A DNA stretch of 64,000 bases, from NCBI GenBank assembly GCA_009691445.1, contig SICL01000002.1, forward strand, positions 64,063 through 128,062, written 5' to 3'. Position 1 is the stretch's first letter, and the number at the start of each line of letters is the position of its first letter. This DNA is from Candidatus Taenariivivens baikalensis. Lineage in GTDB: Bacteria > Omnitrophota > Omnitrophia > Omnitrophales > Aquincolibacteriaceae. The notes below the pieces were generated by a model. That model had not been told where the DNA came from. It was given only the letters and a program-made list of their open reading frames with translations, and ran no database searches. The position numbers were made by a program, and so were the translations under genes. Below are positions 18,024 to 26,645 of this stretch, in pieces.

Positions 18024-19345
18024 CGTGAACTCCTTTTAGACCGAGGTTCTTGAGCTTTACGGCCTATGCTATGGTATTGGAAGCCTAAACGCTGCATCGC
18101 CTCAGGTTCAAACATGTTTCGTCCGTCAAAAATAATCGACTGTTTTAAAAGTTTTTTTATTTTCTTAAAATCCAGCGATTTGAATTCATCCCACTCAGTA
18201 ACAATAATGAGGGCATCTGCTCCTTTAACAGCCTCATAAGGATTTTTAGCAAAGAAAACGCCGTGAAGGACTTTCCTCGCATTGGCCATGGCCTGAGGAT
18301 CATAAACTCGTACATGCGCTCCTTGTTTTTGAAGCACGTCGATGATCTCCAGCGACGGAGCATAACGGATGTCGTCAGTATTGGGTTTGAAGGCGATTCC
18401 AAGAACGGCGAGCGTCTTATCCTTTAAATTCCAGAGATGGTGTTCGATTTTTTCAATGAAATAGTATTTTTGAGCAGAATTAATTTTCAGGGATTCCTTG
18501 AGAAGCTCAAAAGGCGCTCCCAATTTTTCGGACATATGAAGAAAAGCCGACAGATCCTTCGGGAAACAGAAACCTCCGAATCCAATGCCCGCCTTAAGAA
18601 AGCTGGGACCGATCCGCGGATCCATCCCCATCCCCAGAGCCACTTTTTCAATATCGGCGCCCACGACATCACAAATACGGGCGACGGCATTAATAAAGGA
18701 AATTTTTGTCGCCAGAAATGAATTAGAGGCGTGCTTGATGATCTCAGCACTTTTGAGATCGGTTACTACAATTTTTGAACTAAACGGCTTGTAAAGAGCC
18801 CGAAGGATTTTTTCAGCCCGCGGGCTTTCCACTCCCAAAATAACGCGGTCCGGTTTCAGAAAGTCTTTGACCGCGGAGCCTTCCCTAAGAAATTCAGGAT
18901 TCGAGGCAACGTCGAAAAGAGAAAGATTCGGTTGAATTGACTGAATGGTTTTCAAAATCCACTCCCCCGTTTGTACGGGAACCGTACTTTTTTCTACGAT
19001 CAAGCGGTATTCCTTAAGGTTCTTGGCGATCTCTCGGGATACTGTTTCAATAAAAGAAAGATCCGCTTCGCCATTTTCCTTGGGGGGAGTATTCACGCAA
19101 ATAAAAAGTATTTCGGATTTCTGAACGGCCTGAACAATGTTTGAGCTAAAGGAAAGTTTTCCTTCTTTGACGCATTTGTGAATCATCGATTCCAAGCCGG
19201 GTTCGTAAATGGGCGTTTTCCCTTGTCGTAGCAGTTTTATCTTTTCAAGATTATTATCAATGCACAGAACTTGATGTCCCAAATGAGCAAAGCAAGCACC
19301 GGTCACAAGCCCGACATACCCTGACCCGATGACCGCTATTTTCAT
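18020..19345 (-). CDS. ugd: UDP-glucose 6-dehydrogenase
   Basis: MKIAVIGSGYVGLVTGACFAHLGHQVLCID…GGFCFPKD…. Confidence 0.9.
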   Translation of the reverse strand: MKIAVIGSGYVGLVTGACFAHLGHQVLCIDNNLEKIKLLRQGKTPIYEPGLESMIHKCVKEGKLSFSSNIVQAVQKSEILFICVNTPPKENGEADLSFIETVSREIAKNLKEYRLIVEKSTVPVQTGEWILKTIQSIQPNLSLFDVASNPEFLREGSAVKDFLKPDRVILGVESPRAEKILRALYKPFSSKIVVTDLKSAEIIKHASNSFLATKISFINAVARICDVVGADIEKVALGMGMDPRIGPSFLKAGIGFGGFCFPKDLSAFLHMSEKLGAPFELLKESLKINSAQKYYFIEKIEHHLWNLKDKTLAVLGIAFKPNTDDIRYAPSLEIIDVLQKQGAHVRVYDPQAMANARKVLHGVFFAKNPYEAVKGADALIIVTEWDEFKSLDFKKIKKLLKQSIIFDGRNMFEPEAMQRLGFQYHSIGRKAQEPRSKRSSR

Positions 19346-19387
19346 ATAAGATGCATCCTAGATAACGTGGTAAGAGGAAAAGAAGGT

Positions 19388-21703
19388 TTATTGATAGCGA
19401 TTTTGGTGCAGAGCGGTTGCTGAAGAATCTAGAGGGGTTCCCGATCCCGCGACGGTATCTCCCATGCGAGGAGCACCAAAGGAGGCCCTGCTTCCGCCCG
19501 CGTGAAGACCAACTTCTGGAAAGGCCTTAAGATAAAATTCAACGAATAATGTTTTATTGGAACTTCGAATATCAGAATTACGAACATCATAACCCAAGGT
19601 TAGAATAAAATCATGAAGGTCACGTCGGGCGGAAAGCTGCCATTCTGACAGATCGCTAGTGAAGGTATCCCAACGAATATATCCGCTCATATCCCAGAGA
19701 GGATTGAGTCGATAATTGGTATCAAAAACAAACTGATTACTGTTATGAAATTCTGGGATATCGGCGGCGTACCGCTGACCGATCGTTGAAGTGAATTTCC
19801 CAGTCTTGATCACAATATCCTGATTAAACATATGGAATTGATTGTCCCGGGTGTCATAATCAAAACGCATCAGATAGTGCAGCCACTCATAGGGGCGAAA
19901 CACGATCTCCTGGCCTATGGTACTGAAATCACTTTTCGTGAACTGATTATCGCGAGGAGCAAAAAGCTCAGATCCAGTCCGACCGTCCGGATAAAGTTCA
20001 TAGCTTAAAAAGGTGTTTAAGCTAACTAAATCAACCCGCTGCATTTGACCGTGAACCGTTCGTTTGGTCTGAATCCTGTTTTCCACACCAAGGGTTACCT
20101 TTTGTGCGTCATCCAGCCGCTCAACCGAGTCATCGAAAATTTCTAATTTTTCGTCACTCAGGGAAGACATAGAAGCTGAGTACTGGAGGTTCGGTTCAAT
20201 AATATGACGGAGTTGATTAATTTCAAATCCTGCCTTGTCAAAATGGACATCATACAACCGATAGAAGCGTGTTCTTAAATCGCCTCCCATTTCCGTAAAA
20301 GCGCGAAAGCGATCCTCCTCGGAATCTCTGAGGCGGCTGTAATAAGTTCCGCGGCCAAGAATATGGGGTGTGAAATGGATATGCTGCCAATGAAGAGGCG
20401 AAGACCACTCATGAAATGTATCAGCCCGATGAGCTTTACCGCGAATCTTAATGCGCCCATAGTCCTTTACCAGATTATTATAGCTGAGTTGGCTTTGGTA
20501 AAAAATATGCGGATTTAAAAAAGGCTGAGTTCTCCAATCCGCCTGAACCTGAGGCAAGCGTTCCACACTACTTTCGAATTTATTCATTCGCTTTTCGCCG
20601 TAAGCCAAGAGGCCATACCGCTCCGAATTCTTAACCAAAGAAATAAAAGAGTTTGGCTGGATATCCCCCTGGAATTCCCTTTCGAAAAAGTCTTGGAGAA
20701 AATATTCGTCCGCGAAACGATTATAACGAAGAAGGCCATAGCTATAAGGATCAAAATCTTTGCGGTGCTTCCAAGTGATACGTCCGCGTAGACGATCTTC
20801 GCTTTTGTGAAAAGGTTCTCCGCTACCGGGTGTGGGGGCTTCATGATCGTTGGCTAAATAGATGTTTGCGTTTCCATAACCCAAAGTTTTTTCAAAACCA
20901 TAGGAGATATCGGTTCCGGCACCAAAACCTCTCTTGGAGCGCCAGTCGGCCCGAAATTTACCCCAAATATTTTTGGTAATGCTAAATCCCTTCAAGGCGC
21001 TGATAAAAAAACCCTGGCGCGAGTTATAGCCGGTGACCACGGCTAAGGGAATATTATTGTCCTGAAGGGGCATGACGAGAACGGGAACCCAAAAAATTGG
21101 CTTCCCGAGGGCATAAAAGGTCACATTCCAAGCCACCATTTTGTCACCATCATACACGGTGACTTTGCGCGCCCTAATCTCATAATGAGGATTTTTAAGG
21201 TCACACGTGGTGACGTGAGCTTTACGGACAATTTTGACTCCCTCGCGAATTTGCTGAATATCCTCTCCGCTTGAAAACCAAGGGGCGTTGTAAGTGCGAC
21301 CATCCGGAAAACTCCCGGATTGATTGGCGAAGTTATAATGAATTTCTTCCCCGTGAGCAACGGCCTTTCCATTTCTAAAAATAGTCACGTGACCGCGAGC
21401 AAACGATTTCTTGGTCGCTGTTTCAACTTCTGCATAATCCGCAGTGATTTGCATATTAAGGTGGGTAATCACGACATTTTTTTTCGCGATAAGCACATGC
21501 GTATTTTTATCATACTCGACCGTATCTGCTTGCGTTTCCACCTTGGAATCAGCATGGGAGAAAATATCCTGAATCGGGAGGTCGAGTTTGGTCTTCTTGG
21601 GTGAAGCTGAATCTAACGAAGAGCTTTCTGCCGCCAGAAGCGGGAAACTTCCGCTGAGGAAGATTGAGCACAAAAGGCAAATATAAAGACGATATTTAAT
21701 CAT
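19388..21703 (-). CDS. lptD: LPS-assembly outer-membrane protein LptD (OstA)
   Basis: A signal peptide, an OstA-like N-terminal domain (…MQITADYAEVETATKKSFARGHVTIFRNG…) and a ~600-aa aromatic-rich beta-barrel region. The protein is 771 aa. Confidence 0.8.
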   Translation of the reverse strand: MIKYRLYICLLCSIFLSGSFPLLAAESSSLDSASPKKTKLDLPIQDIFSHADSKVETQADTVEYDKNTHVLIAKKNVVITHLNMQITADYAEVETATKKSFARGHVTIFRNGKAVAHGEEIHYNFANQSGSFPDGRTYNAPWFSSGEDIQQIREGVKIVRKAHVTTCDLKNPHYEIRARKVTVYDGDKMVAWNVTFYALGKPIFWVPVLVMPLQDNNIPLAVVTGYNSRQGFFISALKGFSITKNIWGKFRADWRSKRGFGAGTDISYGFEKTLGYGNANIYLANDHEAPTPGSGEPFHKSEDRLRGRITWKHRKDFDPYSYGLLRYNRFADEYFLQDFFEREFQGDIQPNSFISLVKNSERYGLLAYGEKRMNKFESSVERLPQVQADWRTQPFLNPHIFYQSQLSYNNLVKDYGRIKIRGKAHRADTFHEWSSPLHWQHIHFTPHILGRGTYYSRLRDSEEDRFRAFTEMGGDLRTRFYRLYDVHFDKAGFEINQLRHIIEPNLQYSASMSSLSDEKLEIFDDSVERLDDAQKVTLGVENRIQTKRTVHGQMQRVDLVSLNTFLSYELYPDGRTGSELFAPRDNQFTKSDFSTIGQEIVFRPYEWLHYLMRFDYDTRDNQFHMFNQDIVIKTGKFTSTIGQRYAADIPEFHNSNQFVFDTNYRLNPLWDMSGYIRWDTFTSDLSEWQLSARRDLHDFILTLGYDVRNSDIRSSNKTLFVEFYLKAFPEVGLHAGGSRASFGAPRMGDTVAGSGTPLDSSATALHQNRYQ

Positions 21704-23070
21704 GAATGGGAATAAAGAACGACCCGGTTCCGGCCTTCTTCTTTGGCGCGGTAAAGGGCGTTATCAGCGTTTTGTATCAGTTCAAATGCCAGTTGCGGGT
21801 AATCGATGGTTTCATTTTTTTGATTTCCATCAGGAGCGTACAAGGCCAAACCGATACTCACAGTCACACGCGTTTCAGTATTGTAGATTTTAAACATATT
21901 CCGTGCGATATTTGATCGGATACGTTCACTAATTTCTAAAGCGCCATCTTTACGGGTCTCAGGGATAACAACGGCAAACTCTTCGCCGCCATACCGGCTG
22001 ATGATGTCAACCTTTCGCAGGCTTTGACAGATCATTGAAGAAACCTGTTGCAAGGTTGCATCCCCTGCAATGTGACCATAGTCGTCATTATATCTTTTGA
22101 AAAGATCGATGTCTAACATTAAAACAACCAAGGGGATGGAATATTTTACGGCTCGTTTCAATTCCTCTTCAAACCGTTCCAGAAAATGACGGCGGACAAA
22201 AACATGGGTCAAACTATCGCGAATGGAGAGTTCCTTGACTGAATTATAAAGACGTATCTTTGCAACTTGCAAATTGAGAAACGCGCTCAAGACTTCAAAT
22301 TTGGTCAAATCATCCGGATGCCCCCCCTCGATCATTAAGAGAGAAGAAAAATGTTCTTCGGCGAGCAACGGAAAAACCCACTGCAAATCGGCTTGAATCA
22401 TGGATTTATTCTCCTTTAATTTCTCAAGCCACGCTTTTTCTTTATCCGACACAGGATCTTCGCTGAGCGTAACCCCTTCAGGGGTGATCAGAAAACGGAG
22501 GGCTTTCTCCGACGTGGACAACTCATCTTGAACAATCAAAAGCTCGAGTTGCTGGAAGGGGAAAAGTGGTTTTACTCTTTTAAAGAGAATCTCGGCGATT
22601 CCCTCAAAGCTGAGGTATTCGCTAAATTCCTTGGCAACTTCGAAAAGATCCAAAAGACCCGTAACTTGTTTTTCTAAATGATGAAGACTTGCGAGGCGGG
22701 AGTCATATTTTTGACTCATGGATCCCAGCTCTTTTTGCATGGATTCTTTTTGCTCAGTTTCCCGGATCAGTAAATAGTTCCAGTCGCGTTCATAAAAGAA
22801 GAAACCGACCCCCAACAAAATCTGCATAAAAACAAGGGCCAAAATCTCATAGGAAAAATGGGCGAAAAGAAAGTAACCACCCAGTAGCCCGGTAAGAACG
22901 GGATAAGTTCTTCGAAGCCAGCCCGGGGTATCCTGAGAGAAATAAAAATAGGGGAGAAGGAGTGCCGGATAAAAAATGAAAAGCAGCAGAGAAATCTTGG
23001 CATTAAAAAAAACAACTGCGGCAAGGGCTCCAAAGATTGCGAGAACCAAAACAGGATAACGCTTTAGCAT
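21700..23070 (-). CDS. Membrane-anchored GGDEF diguanylate cyclase
   Basis: N-terminal TM helices and a coiled coil, then the GGDEF active-site motif (…DLFKRYNDDYGHIAGD…RYGGEEFAVVI…). Confidence 0.85.
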   Translation of the reverse strand: MLKRYPVLVLAIFGALAAVVFFNAKISLLLFIFYPALLLPYFYFSQDTPGWLRRTYPVLTGLLGGYFLFAHFSYEILALVFMQILLGVGFFFYERDWNYLLIRETEQKESMQKELGSMSQKYDSRLASLHHLEKQVTGLLDLFEVAKEFSEYLSFEGIAEILFKRVKPLFPFQQLELLIVQDELSTSEKALRFLITPEGVTLSEDPVSDKEKAWLEKLKENKSMIQADLQWVFPLLAEEHFSSLLMIEGGHPDDLTKFEVLSAFLNLQVAKIRLYNSVKELSIRDSLTHVFVRRHFLERFEEELKRAVKYSIPLVVLMLDIDLFKRYNDDYGHIAGDATLQQVSSMICQSLRKVDIISRYGGEEFAVVIPETRKDGALEISERIRSNIARNMFKIYNTETRVTVSIGLALYAPDGNQKNETIDYPQLAFELIQNADNALYRAKEEGRNRVVLYSHS

Positions 23071-24548
23071 ACCTGGTTCCTTCCCTTCCTTTTAGCCTCA
23101 TACAGAGCTTTATCGGATTTCTCCAGAAGAGTTTCAATCGATAACGTATCCTCCGGAATGCTGGCTACTCCGATAGAAACCGTCATTCGGATTTCTTCGC
23201 GGCGGATCACGAGGGGTGCCAGCTCCACTTTCTGACGGAATTCTTCAGCCAGTTTGACGGCATCCTTCTTATTGGTTTCAGGGAGAAGAACAACGAATTC
23301 TTCGCCTCCATATCGGCCGACAATGGCGCCTTCCGAAATTTGAGTTAAAAGTTTCGCGAATTGAACGAGCATCATGTCACCGACAGCGTGTCCGTGCCGG
23401 TCATTGCATTGCTTAAAATAATCCAGATCACACATCAGGAGTGACATGGGGCGCTGAGTTATCAGGTAACGCCGATGATCTTCTTTCAGACGCTCAAAAA
23501 AATAACGGCGCACATAAAGCCCGGTCAGTGAATCTTTGATGGCCAACTCCTGTGTCTGAGCGTACAAAATGGCATTGGAAAGCGCTGAGGCGGCCAAAAT
23601 GGCGATCGTGTCAAGAAGACGCAGATCATCATGCGTGAAAGTGTTGGGTTTGGAAGAATGAATACGCAGGGTACCGATAACACGCCCCGCCTGAACTAAG
23701 GGTGCAATGATAAGGCTTCGAATATGGGGCAACTTTTGAGTATCATGGGTATTGAAGCGGAAGTCCTGCTGGCAGTCAATGACGATCAACTGCCGGCGGT
23801 TTTTGACCACCCAGTAATCGAAAAGATCCGGCTCATAATGCTGCGGCTTCACCTTCGGTTTATTTTTTTTGCCCGAATCAATTTCACGGTAGGCAATCAC
23901 GGGCAACTTACTTGTATCGTGCTCAAAGACTGAAATAAGCGCCACGTCGCCACGAAGAACGAAATCCATACAGCGGTTGACTACGATCTCCGCAATTCCA
24001 AGAATGGCAAAGGTCGTAGCCAACTCCTCAGCCAGTTTGCGCATGTTGTAATAAGTGGAGTACTTTTCAAACAGGATACTAATGGCCTCGCCTTTTGATT
24101 TATAGGAAACCATCTGGTCGTTTTTTTCAATCTGAAATTTTTCCCGGTCAGTTGAAATGAGGGACATCTTGACGGAGTAAGACTGATCAAGCTTATGAAG
24201 AATTAAAAGGAGCAGTAAATATTCGGGGATGAACCACAGATAGAGCTGGGTCGAACTGACGCTGACAATAAAGATCACTAGGGTGAGAGAAAAAAGCCCA
24301 AAGCAAAGTCCGCCAATAATATGAAAAGTGTACCATCCGCCTAAAATGGGTAAAAAAAGCAGAAAAAGACACAGCGCAATTTGGTTCAGATAAATTTCAG
24401 GATTGACCGTATTTTTTAAATATCCAAGGCAGAGGATACTGTAGAAGGCAATGGCCGCGCAAAAAGCGAGCGAAAGACCAAAACTGAATTGTGTCGAAGG
24501 TTTTGACCCCATGGGATCAAAAAATAGCTTCCTCAGTCTCGGGATCAA
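23064..24548 (-). CDS. Membrane GAF-GGDEF diguanylate cyclase
   Basis: TM N-terminus, a GAF-like middle and …DYFKQCNDRHGHAVGD…RYGGEEFVVLL. An alternative start is the ATG at 24512, which would remove the 32-nt overlap with the ABC gene. Confidence 0.85.
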   Translation of the reverse strand: MIPRLRKLFFDPMGSKPSTQFSFGLSLAFCAAIAFYSILCLGYLKNTVNPEIYLNQIALCLFLLFLPILGGWYTFHIIGGLCFGLFSLTLVIFIVSVSSTQLYLWFIPEYLLLLLILHKLDQSYSVKMSLISTDREKFQIEKNDQMVSYKSKGEAISILFEKYSTYYNMRKLAEELATTFAILGIAEIVVNRCMDFVLRGDVALISVFEHDTSKLPVIAYREIDSGKKNKPKVKPQHYEPDLFDYWVVKNRRQLIVIDCQQDFRFNTHDTQKLPHIRSLIIAPLVQAGRVIGTLRIHSSKPNTFTHDDLRLLDTIAILAASALSNAILYAQTQELAIKDSLTGLYVRRYFFERLKEDHRRYLITQRPMSLLMCDLDYFKQCNDRHGHAVGDMMLVQFAKLLTQISEGAIVGRYGGEEFVVLLPETNKKDAVKLAEEFRQKVELAPLVIRREEIRMTVSIGVASIPEDTLSIETLLEKSDKALYEAKRKGRNQVC

Positions 24549-25620
24549 AGAAATGGGCCTTACTCATATCAAAGACGACTTGAAGATCTTGATTAATGTG
24601 CGCTGTATCCTGATTGGAGACACGAGCCACAAAACTATTGCTTCCTGAGCACAGGTAAAGATAAATTTCCGCGCCCATAGGCTCAACCACATCCACGGTG
24701 GCAGTGAGTGTAAATTCAGGCCGCGCATCCTGGGCAAAAATCTTATCATAAATATCTTCCGGGCGAATTCCGAACACCACATTCTTGTCCTTATACTTGG
24801 CAATCTTGGCATTGTGCTGGGGAAGAATCCGTAATTTATTAGCGCGGTCCTGAAAATAGTAATCCCCATTCTCTGCGGTCACGACGCCCTTCAAAAGATT
24901 CATGGCCGGAGATCCAATGAAACTCGCAACAAACATATTTCGGGGATTTTCGTAAAGATTGATAGGATCTGAAACCTGCTGGATCTCAGCCTTTTCCATC
25001 ACGACAATGCGGTCCCCAAGCGTCAAGGCTTCTACCTGGTCGTGAGTGACGTAAATCATAGTGCACTGAAGGCGGTTATGAAGTTTTTGAAGCTCCATCC
25101 TCATTTGAACGCGAAGCTTCGCATCCAGATTGCTCAACGGTTCATCAAAGAGAAAAACTTTAGGTTTGCGCACAATCGCCCGACCTAGAGCGACGCGCTG
25201 ACGCTCGCCTCCGGAAAGTTCTTTGGGTTTCCGTGTCAGCATTTTATGAAGTCCAAGAATCTCAGCCGCATCCAAAACACGGCGCTCGATTTCTTTAGCT
25301 GGATATTTGCGCAGTTTGAGACCAAACGCCATATTTTCATAAATGCTCATATGCGGATAAAGGGCATAATTTTGAAAGACCATAGCGATATCGCGGTTTT
25401 TTGCGGGGACATCATTGACGATTTGATTATCAATACTGATTTCCCCTTCCGTGATTTCTTCAAGGCCGGCCACCATTCGCAATGTTGTCGATTTCCCACA
25501 ACCAGAAGGCCCGACAAGAACGAGAAACTCTTTGTCGGCAACCTCAAGGTTCACATTCTTGACGGCATAGGTGTTGTTGGAATAAATCTTGGTGATATTT
25601 TTAAGCGTGACCGTTGCCAA
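24517..25620 (-). CDS. ABC transporter ATP-binding protein, MalK/UgpC/MsmX family (sugar importer ATPase)
   Basis: Walker A GPSGCGKST, the LSGGERQRVALGRA signature, and a C-terminal MalK-type regulatory/TOBE domain. No permease or SBP gene lies adjacent. Confidence 0.9.
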   Translation of the reverse strand: MATVTLKNITKIYSNNTYAVKNVNLEVADKEFLVLVGPSGCGKSTTLRMVAGLEEITEGEISIDNQIVNDVPAKNRDIAMVFQNYALYPHMSIYENMAFGLKLRKYPAKEIERRVLDAAEILGLHKMLTRKPKELSGGERQRVALGRAIVRKPKVFLFDEPLSNLDAKLRVQMRMELQKLHNRLQCTMIYVTHDQVEALTLGDRIVVMEKAEIQQVSDPINLYENPRNMFVASFIGSPAMNLLKGVVTAENGDYYFQDRANKLRILPQHNAKIAKYKDKNVVFGIRPEDIYDKIFAQDARPEFTLTATVDVVEPMGAEIYLYLCSGSNSFVARVSNQDTAHINQDLQVVFDMSKAHFFDPETEEAIF

Positions 25621-26505
25621 TCAAACCCTCTCTTTTTTTGAAGCAAATTGAAGAAGCAAGTGGAGTTTTTCTTTGAGAAGACTGCGTTCCACAACCATAT
25701 CGACAAATCCGTGATCCAGCATAAACTCCGAGGTCTGAAAATCAGGCGGTAATTTTTGCCGGATAGTCTGCTCAATGACTCGGGGTCCGGCAAATCCAAG
25801 CAGCGCGCGAGGCTCCGCAATCATAATGTCTCCCAGGGAAGCAAAGCTGGCCATGACGCCTCCCATTGTAGGATTAGTCAAAATGGAAATAAAAATGAGA
25901 TTGGCTTTATGAAGGCGGGACAAGGCGGCTGCAGTTTTAGCCATTTGCATCAGGCTGAGGACTCCTTCATACATCCGCGCGCCCCCTCCGGATCCAGAAA
26001 CAATGATCAAAGGGATTTTTTTTTCAATCGCATACTCGGTAAGGCGGGTAATTTTTTCTCCCACCACCGAACCCATCGATCCCATAATGAAACGCGAATC
26101 GGTAACACCAAATGCCACGCGGTAATTTTCGATTTTTCCTTCACCGGTAATGCAGGCCTCTTTGAGACCAGTCTTCTTTTGATCCTGTTTGAGCTTATCC
26201 AGATAAGACTTCGTGCCTTCAAATTTAAGAGGATCCAGACTTTTAAGGTCGCTATCGATCTCTTTAAAGGTTTTGGGATCCAAAACCTGGTGGATGCGCT
26301 CCGTAGCACTGACAATAAAGTGATATTTGCATTTAAGACAGACCGATAAGTTCTCTCTAAGAATTTTATTGAACATGACGTGGTCGCAACTGGGGCATTT
26401 GGTCCAAAGCCCAGCGGGAACACTTTTTTTCCTAATCCCGATTTTGAGGGAATCCGCGTTTTTCTTAATCTCGTCAGTGTTCTGATTGTTATCTATGGCA
26501 GTCAT
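25621..26505 (-). CDS. accD: Acetyl-CoA carboxylase carboxyltransferase subunit beta
   Basis: N-terminal zinc ribbon CPSCDHVMFNK…CLKCKYH, followed by the carboxyltransferase domain. Confidence 0.9.
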   Translation of the reverse strand: MTAIDNNQNTDEIKKNADSLKIGIRKKSVPAGLWTKCPSCDHVMFNKILRENLSVCLKCKYHFIVSATERIHQVLDPKTFKEIDSDLKSLDPLKFEGTKSYLDKLKQDQKKTGLKEACITGEGKIENYRVAFGVTDSRFIMGSMGSVVGEKITRLTEYAIEKKIPLIIVSGSGGGARMYEGVLSLMQMAKTAAALSRLHKANLIFISILTNPTMGGVMASFASLGDIMIAEPRALLGFAGPRVIEQTIRQKLPPDFQTSEFMLDHGFVDMVVERSLLKEKLHLLLQFASKKERV

Positions 26506-26645
26506 GATAGAAAAGGTGTAGGAGGTGAGCTATTTTGTTGCATGAGATTGGAAATTCTAAGCGAAGTCCCAGGGCCTGTCAATTTATTTCAACCATTTGA
26601 GGATCATGACTTTACATTCATTTTTCCTCATGCTATTTTTGGGCT

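Noticed and set aside
26506-26645. Sigma-54 (-24/-12, TGGCAC-N5-TTGC) promoters here and elsewhere, given that rpoN is encoded
   Set aside because: A manual scan of intergenic regions found GG/GC dinucleotides only at wrong spacings (for example 11702 and 47961). I could not support any σ54 promoter from the sequence.
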